Assembly: GCA_043822705.1 (NCBI GenBank)
Contig: JBDRBK010000076.1
Span: 1 to 10,342 of the forward strand
DNA: 10,342 bases
Direction of reading: 5' to 3'
Source of the DNA: Fidelibacterota bacterium
GTDB taxonomy: Bacteria > Fidelibacterota > Marinisomatia > Marinisomatales > TCS56
Positions 1 to 7,278 of the stretch are shown in pieces; positions within the stretch are counted from its first letter, which is position 1, and each line of letters starts with the position of its first letter. A program made the translations under genes and the position numbers. The notes below the pieces were generated by a model. That model had not been told where the DNA came from. It worked only from the letters and a program-made list of their open reading frames with translations, and did no database searches.

Positions 1-479
1 TGGGTGCCGGCGGCGTCGCCCGCAGCGTTCTGGCGGCCCTGCTCGAGCAGAACCCGGCCAGGATAATAATTGTCAATCGAACTTCGGAACGGGCCCGTCG
101 GCTTAGTCGATGGGGGTCAGGTCTGGACCCTGCGATCGAGATTGCCGCCATGTCGCTGATAGATGCGGGCCCGTTCTTTTCGTCGAAAGCGGTGATCGTT
201 AATTGCACGCCCCAGGGAATGCAACCGCGGGTCGATTGCAGTCCCCTGCCCGAAGATTACATCCATTCCGGACAGACTTTGATCGACACGGTCTACACCC
301 CGCCGCAGACGCGCTTTTTGAAAACCGGGGTTGCTGCCGGCGCTCGGGTAATCGATGGTCTGGATATGTTTATCGGTCAAGGGCTGGCATCGCTGGATAT
401 CTGGTTCGGCAACGGTTTCACAGGCGGACTGGAGCTGGCAGACCTGAAACGGCTGCTGCTGGCAAAAGGAAATAACTGA
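1..479 (+). CDS. aroE: Shikimate dehydrogenase, C-terminal NADP-binding half (5' end outside window)
   Basis: The frame is open from position 3, upstream of the ORF-track ATG at 150, reading GAGGVARSVLAALL...IIIVNRT. It contains the GAGGxA nucleotide-binding motif, NRT, VNCTPQGM, DTVYTPPQT and DGLDMFIGQG, all typical of AroE. The TGA stop overlaps the aroC ATG. Confidence 0.95.
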   Translation, partial: GAGGVARSVLAALLEQNPARIIIVNRTSERARRLSRWGSGLDPAIEIAAMSLIDAGPFFSSKAVIVNCTPQGMQPRVDCSPLPEDYIHSGQTLIDTVYTPPQTRFLKTGVAAGARVIDGLDMFIGQGLASLDIWFGNGFTGGLELADLKRLLLAKGNN

Positions 480-1639
480 TGCTGAAAAAACTGTCATTTT
501 TAACGGCCGGCGAATCGCACGGACCGGGACTGGTGGGCATTCTCGAAGGTTTGCCGGCGGGACTGGAAATCACTGTCGAGGAAATCAACCTGCAATTGGC
601 CCGTCGCCAGCACGGCCACGGTCGCGGCAAACGGATGTCTATCGAACAGGATCATGTCGAAATATTCGGCGGCGTCCGCTTCGGTCGGACGCTGGGTTCG
701 CCGGTGGCTTTAATCGTTAAAAACCGGGACTGGAAAAACTGGACCGCTAAAATGGCGGTGGAACCGCTGGCCGAACGTCCAGCGTCGGTGACCCTGCCGC
801 GCCCCGGTCATGCGGACCTGGCCGGCGTACAGAAATTTGGCTTTTATGATATCCGTGATGTGCTGGAGCGTTCCTCCGCCCGGGAGACCGCCATGCGGGT
901 GGCCCTGGCTGCTCTGGCGCGCAAACTGCTGGCGGAAGTGGGCATCGCCGTGGGCAGCCGGGTGGTGCAAATCCATGACCAGGTCGATGACAAACCGCTA
1001 CCGGAAAAATTAAATCTGAATGAATTGACTGCAACCGCCGACGTTTCTCCGGTACGCTGTCTAGATAAGACAGCCGCGGCGGCAATGGTGGCGGCCATCG
1101 ACCGGGCCCAGGCGGCCGGTGATTCGGTGGGCGGCATTTTCGAAGTGCTGGCGACCGGATTGCCCTATGGCCTGGGCAGTTATACGCACTGGGACTGCAA
1201 ACTGACCACGCGGTTGTCGGCGGCGGTCATGTCGATCAATGCCGTCAAGGGTGTCAGTTTCGGGGCCGGTTTTGATCAGGCCGGCTGGACCGGCAGCGCC
1301 ACGCATGATGAAATCCTGCCGGACGGCCGATCATTCCAAAGACCGACCAACAACGCCGGCGGCCTAGAAGGTGGCATGTCCAATGCCCAACCGCTGGTAT
1401 TGCGGGCGGTGATGAAACCGATCCCGACTCTGATGAAACCACTGCGGTCGACCGACATTGCCAGCGGCGAACAGCGCACGGCGCATAAGGAGCGGACCGA
1501 CGCCTGCGCCGTACCCGCCGCGGCGATCGTGGCCGAAAGTATGGTCTGTCTGGTCCTGACGGACGCGCTGTTGGAAAAATTCGGTGGTGACAGCCTGGAG
1601 CAGTTGAAAGATCATATGAAAATGAGCGCCCGTTATTAA
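479..1639 (+). CDS. aroC: Chorismate synthase
   Basis: 386 aa with signature motifs TAGESHG, RPGHAD, ERSSARET, NNAGGLEGGMSN, MKPIPT and ERTDACAVPAA. SD-like AAAGGA at 465-470; TGATG coupling to aroE. Confidence 0.98.
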   Translation: MLKKLSFLTAGESHGPGLVGILEGLPAGLEITVEEINLQLARRQHGHGRGKRMSIEQDHVEIFGGVRFGRTLGSPVALIVKNRDWKNWTAKMAVEPLAERPASVTLPRPGHADLAGVQKFGFYDIRDVLERSSARETAMRVALAALARKLLAEVGIAVGSRVVQIHDQVDDKPLPEKLNLNELTATADVSPVRCLDKTAAAAMVAAIDRAQAAGDSVGGIFEVLATGLPYGLGSYTHWDCKLTTRLSAAVMSINAVKGVSFGAGFDQAGWTGSATHDEILPDGRSFQRPTNNAGGLEGGMSNAQPLVLRAVMKPIPTLMKPLRSTDIASGEQRTAHKERTDACAVPAAAIVAESMVCLVLTDALLEKFGGDSLEQLKDHMKMSARY

Positions 1640-2181
1640 TGGAATTAACCGTTAAAAATATTTTTTTGATTGGCATGATGGGCAGCGGCAAAACCAGCGC
1701 CGGGAGGCTGCTGGCATCGTCGATCCACTGGCAATTTGTCGATCTTGATGCGGAAATCGAGCGGCCGGGCGGAAAGACTGTCGACCGGATATTTCACGAA
1801 GATGGCGAAGCATACTTTCGCGAATTAGAAGCTGATCGTCTGCGGCAGATCGCCGCCGGCCGCCGGCAGGTGATCGCTACCGGCGGCGGTGCCGTGCTGC
1901 TACCGGAAAACCGTCGTCTGATCGGTGCGGGAGGGGTCGCAATTCTGTTGCGGACTGCCGCCGTTACGCTGATCGATCGTGTCGGTGACGGGTCTTCACG
2001 GCCGCTGCTGAATGGCGAACAGGACAAATCCGCTACACTGTGCAATATCTGGGAAGAACGGGAAAATTACTACCGGGAACTGGCGGCATTTACGGTTGAC
2101 ACCGATGAATTAACAGCGGCGGAAGTGGCCGAGCAGGTTGCGAGTTGGTTAAAGGAAAATTATGGAAACAATCTCAGTTGA
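1639..2181 (+). CDS. aroK: Shikimate kinase
   Basis: Walker A GMMGSGKT, plus DLD, GEAYFRELE, ATGGG and RPLL motifs. TAATG coupling to aroC. Confidence 0.96.
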   Translation: MELTVKNIFLIGMMGSGKTSAGRLLASSIHWQFVDLDAEIERPGGKTVDRIFHEDGEAYFRELEADRLRQIAAGRRQVIATGGGAVLLPENRRLIGAGGVAILLRTAAVTLIDRVGDGSSRPLLNGEQDKSATLCNIWEERENYYRELAAFTVDTDELTAAEVAEQVASWLKENYGNNLS

Positions 2182-3238
2182 ACTGGCGGCCCGGTCCTAC
2201 CCGATTTGGATCGAAGACGGATTGCTGAAGAAACTGCCGCAGTTATTGACCGATGCCGACGGTGCTAAAGTGGTAGTGATAACCCAGCCGGCCTTGACCA
2301 CCCGCTACGGCCGGAAGCTGGTGGCGGATCTGAATCAATCCAGATTTTCGGCGATGCTGATCGAAGTACCGGCCGGCGAGAAAGCCAAGACGCTGGAACA
2401 GGTCGAGGGGCTGTACCGGCAGTTGCTGGAACTACGCTGCGACCGCGCCACCCTGCTGCTGGCTCTGGGCGGCGGCACCGTGGGCGATCTGACCGGTTTC
2501 GTGGCGGCGACCTTTCTACGAGGAATCGCGTACCTGCAGGTACCGACCACGCTGCTGGCCATGGTCGATTCCGCCATCGGCGGCAAGACCGGCGTCAACC
2601 TGCCCCAGGGAAAGAACCTGGTGGGGACCATCTACCAGCCGCGGGCGGTGGCTGTCGATCCGACGGTGTTGGCGACACTGCCGCCGCGGGAACTGGTTTC
2701 CGGGCTGGCGGAAGTGCTGAAATACGGCGCCATCGCCGATCGCGAATTTTTCGATCTGTTATCTGCTAATTTGCCGCTGCTGCTGGCGGGGCGCGACGGC
2801 GAACTGCTGACCCGGGTCATACGAAGATCGGCGGCGATCAAGGCGGCGGTGATCGCCGAGGATGAACATGAAAATGATCGGCGCCGCATCCTGAATTTCG
2901 GCCATACAATCGGTCACGCTCTGGAAAAATTGGCTGGTTACGGTTATCTGACACATGGCGAGGCGGTGGCGTTCGGCATGGTCGCCGCCGGATTCATTTC
3001 CAACCGGCGCGGTCTTTTAAGTACGGACGGCTGGCGATCGCTGGAAACGACAATTCGTCGGCTGCCGCTGCCGGTGTTGTCGCAGCAGGACCCGAATCAG
3101 GTTCACGAAACACTGCGGCACGACAAAAAAGTCCGGGCCGGGAAGCTGCATTTTGTCCTGTTGCAGCGATTGGGACAGGCTGTTATTGTCGACGATATCA
3201 GTGACAGAGAAATTTCAGCCGCTTTAGAGGTGTTGTGA
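2162..3238 (+). CDS. aroB: 3-dehydroquinate synthase
   Basis: Motifs GEKAKT, LGGGTVGDLTGF, PTTLLAMVDSAIGGKTGVN, KNLVG, AEVLKY, LNFGHTIGHALE and HGEAVA. Overlaps aroK by 20 nt, with SD-like AAAGGA at 2151-2156. Confidence 0.98.
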   Translation: METISVELAARSYPIWIEDGLLKKLPQLLTDADGAKVVVITQPALTTRYGRKLVADLNQSRFSAMLIEVPAGEKAKTLEQVEGLYRQLLELRCDRATLLLALGGGTVGDLTGFVAATFLRGIAYLQVPTTLLAMVDSAIGGKTGVNLPQGKNLVGTIYQPRAVAVDPTVLATLPPRELVSGLAEVLKYGAIADREFFDLLSANLPLLLAGRDGELLTRVIRRSAAIKAAVIAEDEHENDRRRILNFGHTIGHALEKLAGYGYLTHGEAVAFGMVAAGFISNRRGLLSTDGWRSLETTIRRLPLPVLSQQDPNQVHETLRHDKKVRAGKLHFVLLQRLGQAVIVDDISDREISAALEVL

Positions 3239-3672
3239 AAATTCTGGTGATTAACGGTCCGAATCTGAACCTGCTGGGCACCCGGGAACCGGAGTTGTAC
3301 GGCCGGGAAACGCTGGCGGAAATGATGGTCTGGCTGGCAGCCACACCGGAAGCAGCCGGCCATGAATTGAGTTTTTTTCAGTCTAATCACGAAGGCGCCA
3401 TCATCGATTGCATCCAGGAAGCTCGCGGACAATTTGCCGGCATCCTGATCAACCCGGCCGCTTTTACCCATTATTCCTATGCCATCCGCGATGCGATTGC
3501 CGCCGTGGCGGTTCCGACGGTGGAAGTGCATCTGAGCGCCATCGCTGAGCGCGAACCGTTCCGGCGGATTTCGGTCATCAGCGATGTCTGTCTGGCACAG
3601 GTAGCCGGGCTGGGCCGGGACAGTTACCGTGTCGGACTGGCGCGGTTGCTGGCAGCAATTCCAGTGCCGTAA
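3235..3672 (+). CDS. aroQ: Type II 3-dehydroquinate dehydratase
   Basis: Motifs INGPNLNLLGTREPELYG, QSNHEG, INPAAFTHYSYAIRDA, VEVHLS and REPFR. GTG start overlapping the aroB stop (GTGA), GAGG upstream, tandem TAA TAG stops. Confidence 0.97.
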   Translation: MKILVINGPNLNLLGTREPELYGRETLAEMMVWLAATPEAAGHELSFFQSNHEGAIIDCIQEARGQFAGILINPAAFTHYSYAIRDAIAAVAVPTVEVHLSAIAEREPFRRISVISDVCLAQVAGLGRDSYRVGLARLLAAIPVP

Positions 3673-3776
3673 TAGGACCAAAAAATATACTGTGATATTT
3701 CCGATGGCGTGATCAAATTCGGCCCGATCATCCATTAACACTGAGTCTAAATCGACTGCTTGGGGAAAGGGAGAAT

Positions 3777-5093
3777 ATGAACATTAAACGATTATCAATC
3801 ATTGGGATAGTATTACTGATCTGTGCAACGAACGGTTTTTTTGCCCAGTCGGAAAAAACCATTACCGGCTGGAGTTTCGGCGGCGTGCCGGCCATCGCCT
3901 ACAATTCCGACACCGGTTTCACTTACGGCGTCATTGTCAATACCTACAACTACGGCGACGGCTCGACCTACCCCGAATATCGCTACTCGCTGTATACCGA
4001 ATGGTCCCGCACCACCAAGGGTAGCGGCGTCAACAAACTCTTTTTCGACTCGAAGTACCTCTTACCTGCGGATATCCGGATCACCAGCGAACTGAGCTAC
4101 CTGACCGAGCAGGCCCTGCCGTTTTACGGGTTCAACGGCTACCAGCAGGAATTTTTCCCGGACTGGGAAGACGATGAGGCCGCTGCTTACCGGACGCGCG
4201 TCTTTTACCGTCATGAGCGTAATAATATGAAATTCACCGCCGATTTTCAAAGGGCGGCCTTCCTGCCCAACCTGCGTGCCGCGGTCGGTTTCGGTTTTAT
4301 GAATTTTGAGATCGGTCCGGTCGATGTGGCGGGCCTCAACGAAGGCAAGGATGAAGCCGACATGCTGCCGGTCTACAGCACCGCCGACAGTATCGGCCTG
4401 TATGATTGGTATGTCGATCAGGGCTATATCGCCGCCGATGAAGCGGATGGCGGCCAGGTGAATTTCCTGAAATTCGGGGTTGTTTATGACACCCGCGATA
4501 ACGAGCCGAACCCCATGTCCGGCATCTGGACCGAAGCACTGATTACCTCGGCCCTGGAACCATTCGGCAGCAATTTCGGCTATACCACCCTGACACTGAC
4601 TCATCGCCAATACTTCACCCTGTTGCCTAAGGACCTTTCAATCACCTATCGCCTGGGGTACCAGGGCTTGCTGGCCGGCGATACGCCGTTTTTCATGCTG
4701 CCTTATTATCAGAGCACCTACAAGGTGGAAGAAGGCCTGGGCGGATCGAAGTCGCTGCGCGGCATCATGAAAAATCGGGTGGTTGGTAATTCCATCGCCT
4801 TCGGGAACCTCGAACTGCGCTGGAAATTCCTGCGGACGGTGGTGCTTAACCAGAACCTGTATCTGGCGTTAAATACCTTCGTGGACGGCGGCCGGGTGCT
4901 GACGCCCTACAGCACCGCCGGTTACGATCCCGATGCCGTCAGCGGCCCGGACGAAGGTCTGCACCTTTCCTACGGTGCCGGCTTGCGGATCGCCCTGAAC
5001 GAGAATTTTATCATCGCTGTTGATTACGGCATGGCTGCCGACAAACAGGACGGCAGCAGCGGCCTGTATATCGGGCTGGGTTATCTGTATTAG
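3777..5093 (+). CDS. Omp85/BamA-TamA superfamily outer-membrane beta-barrel without POTRA domains
   Basis: Sec signal peptide (MNIKR, hydrophobic core, FFA-Q) followed directly by a first-strand-like PAIAYNSDTGFTYG. Also has YDTRDN...P.SG, the loop-6 motif LGGSKSLRG, GNLELRW, FVDGGRV, SYGAGLRI and a C-terminal beta-signal YIGLGYLY. GGGAG SD upstream. Confidence 0.85.
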   Translation: MNIKRLSIIGIVLLICATNGFFAQSEKTITGWSFGGVPAIAYNSDTGFTYGVIVNTYNYGDGSTYPEYRYSLYTEWSRTTKGSGVNKLFFDSKYLLPADIRITSELSYLTEQALPFYGFNGYQQEFFPDWEDDEAAAYRTRVFYRHERNNMKFTADFQRAAFLPNLRAAVGFGFMNFEIGPVDVAGLNEGKDEADMLPVYSTADSIGLYDWYVDQGYIAADEADGGQVNFLKFGVVYDTRDNEPNPMSGIWTEALITSALEPFGSNFGYTTLTLTHRQYFTLLPKDLSITYRLGYQGLLAGDTPFFMLPYYQSTYKVEEGLGGSKSLRGIMKNRVVGNSIAFGNLELRWKFLRTVVLNQNLYLALNTFVDGGRVLTPYSTAGYDPDAVSGPDEGLHLSYGAGLRIALNENFIIAVDYGMAADKQDGSSGLYIGLGYLY

Positions 5094-5107
5094 TTAATAA
5101 TAGTTGA

Positions 5108-5147
5108 TATAAAAAAGCCCCGTTGGGATCAACGGGGCTTTTTTATA
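5108..5147. terminator. Bidirectional Rho-independent terminator
   Basis: Perfect 18-bp inverted repeat TATAAAAAAGCCCCGTTG-ggat-CAACGGGGCTTTTTTATA with a GC-rich core and a T6 run on each strand. It lies between the convergent stops at 5093 and 5160. Confidence 0.95.
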
Positions 5148-5159
5148 ATGTAATCTTTT

Positions 5160-6485
5160 TTATTTCAGTTTGTACTGAATGCCAAAAGCGATCACGAAAG
5201 CGGTTTTATTATATTTTTCTTCAAACGCTGTGCCGACATCGTCATTCTGTCCTTCAGAATAGAAGGTATTGCTGGTTCCCAGGCTGATATCCATTTTAGG
5301 GCTTACTGAGTATTTCAAACCTATTCCAAGCGTGCTGGATGGCAAGCTGTAATCCAGGTCGGTATTATATTCATCAGTTGCTCCGGTGGTGGAATAAAGA
5401 AAACCGGCGCTAACTAGTAAAGCATCGCTCAAGGAATACTCAACACCTAAACCGGCGTTAAAATCATTCACCACATTTTCTTCATCGCCGTCCCAGTCAC
5501 AGGCTGTGTTGAACCAGTAGTTGAATCCAAGCTCAGCCCGCAGTTTGGGGGACAGTAAATAAGATATCCCCGCCCCGAATTGAGCTGGAATATCCTCTTG
5601 ATAAGATACGTTGTCTGGAAACATACCGACTTCGTCGATAACGCCCTTAGTCTCATCCAACTTGGTGTCTGATGTGACCTCTAACTTTGTAATTAACTCG
5701 TAACGGAGTCCAATATTCAGTTTATTTGAAGGAGATAGATCAAGTCCAAAAACAGCAGTTGCGGCTGTTCCGGTTCTTTTGGAGTCAACCTCCATATCCG
5801 GTATGAATCCGGGCAGGTCGCCATTTTCTGCCTCGAGAATGGCATTTTCGAGATTGCCGGTATAGGTGTTTTTAGCCGATATTAAACGCAATCCGGCAGC
5901 TACAGAAATCCAGTCATTCAGTTGATATGCCGCCCCGAATTGTCCTGCAAAATATATTGATGAGCCAACAAAAGCTGCGTCAACAGAATAACCGGTAAAA
6001 GTACCAATTGAATCCGCGAAAACGGGATCAAGCCCCCGAACTACCAGCGCCGCTGCTGACAAACCGACCAGCCGTGCGAGTTGATAATCAAAAAGCGGCA
6101 ACCCATCGGGAAAATCAGCGCTGCCGCCGCCACCGATCGGCATAAAACCACCGAAGAGGGCTAGTTTGTTTTTCTTGTGAACAAAATAGGCATTAGGGAA
6201 AGTCGGTACGAAAGTCTTACCGGTAAAGGTATCGGTGTTATAATTGGGATGCGCAGCTATAACTTCGCGGGACTGCCAGACAGTCTGGCTGCTGATGTAT
6301 AAATAGCTACCATCGTCCAGCAGGGCCAGTCCCGCCGGGTTGAAAAGCACCGCATCCAGATCGGTGGACGCATTACGATTCATCATGCGGATATACTCCG
6401 CACTTTGGTTGGTATTGGTTACCATACCAAATGCCACTGCCGTTAACAGCAGCAGCACAATCGATTTAGTGATTGAATTTTTCAT
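5160..6485 (-). CDS. FadL/OmpP1/TodX-family outer-membrane channel (hydrophobic-compound transporter)
   Basis: Signal peptide followed by the hatch region TNTNQSAEYIRMMNRNASTDLDAVLFNPAGL; NPA is the conserved FadL motif. Also GGGG(S)A.F and repeated amphipathic hairpins (e.g. GAAYQLNDWISVAAGLR); C-terminal strand AFGIQYKLK. Confidence 0.82.
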   Translation of the reverse strand: MKNSITKSIVLLLLTAVAFGMVTNTNQSAEYIRMMNRNASTDLDAVLFNPAGLALLDDGSYLYISSQTVWQSREVIAAHPNYNTDTFTGKTFVPTFPNAYFVHKKNKLALFGGFMPIGGGGSADFPDGLPLFDYQLARLVGLSAAALVVRGLDPVFADSIGTFTGYSVDAAFVGSSIYFAGQFGAAYQLNDWISVAAGLRLISAKNTYTGNLENAILEAENGDLPGFIPDMEVDSKRTGTAATAVFGLDLSPSNKLNIGLRYELITKLEVTSDTKLDETKGVIDEVGMFPDNVSYQEDIPAQFGAGISYLLSPKLRAELGFNYWFNTACDWDGDEENVVNDFNAGLGVEYSLSDALLVSAGFLYSTTGATDEYNTDLDYSLPSSTLGIGLKYSVSPKMDISLGTSNTFYSEGQNDDVGTAFEEKYNKTAFVIAFGIQYKLK

Positions 6486-6508
6486 ATGGATATTCCATTC
6501 TTTTTATT

Positions 6509-6544
6509 AAAAGCGGGCAGACCACTTGTGACTGATCTGCCCGC
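6509..6544 (-). terminator. Intrinsic terminator or attenuator between the lipoprotein and FadL-like genes
   Basis: Minus-strand RNA GCGGGCAGAUCA-gucacaag-UGGUCUGCCCGC-UUUUAAU: a 12-bp stem (one G-U pair), an 8-nt loop and a short U4 tract, 38 nt after the lipoprotein stop. Confidence 0.7.
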
Positions 6545-6582
6545 ATGAAATGACTCGTAATTTTTTACAATTACAGGTGTTA

Positions 6583-7164
6583 TTATTCTTTGGTGAACCC
6601 CAGTGTAGTGGTCGAATGTTCGTCCAGCACGACTGCGAAGTAGCCCACATTGGGTACCGGGAGTACTTTGTCAAGATCTTCATCCAGCTCGGAGTATACT
6701 AACGTCATTGTGGTTGGGTTATCCGGGTCATCCAGAGTCAACAGACCGCCAAGATCATACAGGCCGCCGTCCAGAATAAAAGTGCCGGCGGTTTCATTGT
6801 GAGTCCAGGTACCATTGTCGGTCAAAGGAATGATCGTAGGGGCAACGCCAAGCGTATCATTAGCTGAAGGCAGATGACCGGACAAGGTGAAAGTGCCATC
6901 ATCCTTGACAACCACTTCGGCATCAACACCCAGGTAGCTAAATTCCGCCCAGACCATGCCGCCGCTGGCAACTGTGTCACCCTCGGCAAAACCGAGGGCC
7001 GCAATGGCGGTGGCAGCAGTGTAGACTGAATTCTGTGCCATATTGGTCATGGTCCAAGTTCCAACCAACAGACCAACTTCATCCTCATCTTCTTCACAGC
7101 CAATGAAAAAGGTCACGCTTAGCCCTAATAACAGCAAGACCAAGATTCTCATAGTACTCTTCAT
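6583..7164 (-). CDS. Acidic lipoprotein, probable lipocalin/calycin-like beta fold
   Basis: Lipobox FFIG-C, then acidic linker EEDEDE and LVGTW (GxW is typical of lipocalin-like domains). Also DDGTFT and NGTWT strands, a strong SD and tandem TAA TAA stops. The fold assignment is an inference. Confidence 0.7.
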   Translation of the reverse strand: MKSTMRILVLLLLGLSVTFFIGCEEDEDEVGLLVGTWTMTNMAQNSVYTAATAIAALGFAEGDTVASGGMVWAEFSYLGVDAEVVVKDDGTFTLSGHLPSANDTLGVAPTIIPLTDNGTWTHNETAGTFILDGGLYDLGGLLTLDDPDNPTTMTLVYSELDEDLDKVLPVPNVGYFAVVLDEHSTTTLGFTKE

Positions 7165-7167
7165 GAT

Positions 7168-7174
7168 TCCTCCT
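7168..7174 (-). promoter_or_regulatory. Strong Shine-Dalgarno sequence of the lipoprotein gene
   Basis: Minus strand reads TTAGGAGGAATCATG, with AGGAGG just upstream of the ATG at 7164. Confidence 0.75.
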
Positions 7175-7278
7175 AATTAAGTCTCAAATGATAGAAATGT
7201 TATTGTAATTACAGATATCCCTTTGAACTAAAATAGACCCGTTTCGGGCAGTAATGCAAAATAAAATTACAGACCACG

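Noticed and set aside
150..479. ATG at 150 as the start of a 109-aa protein
   Set aside because: The frame is open to the window edge and carries AroE motifs (GAGG, NRT) upstream, so this is an internal Met.
117..3741. Antisense and alternate-frame ORFs over the aro operon (e.g. 117-497, 1254-1691, 3103-3741)
   Set aside because: They overlap well-supported genes and have no recognisable motifs. Such shadow ORFs are expected in GC-rich coding DNA.
3704..3776. Possible riboswitch or sRNA in the Omp85 leader
   Set aside because: Only a weak interrupted hairpin is present, with no conserved riboswitch or T-box motif recognised.
3823..4610. Nested ORFs within the Omp85-like gene (3823-4095, 4062-4610, 4336-4539)
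   Set aside because: Shadow frames with no independent coding evidence.
5108..5147. 18-bp inverted repeat as a MITE, IS end or REP element
   Set aside because: It is single-copy here and fully explained as a bidirectional terminator between convergent genes.
7238..7248. CCCG-ttt-CGGG mini-hairpin as terminator of the TonB receptor gene
   Set aside because: The stem is only 4 bp and lacks an adjacent U tract, so it is too weak to call.
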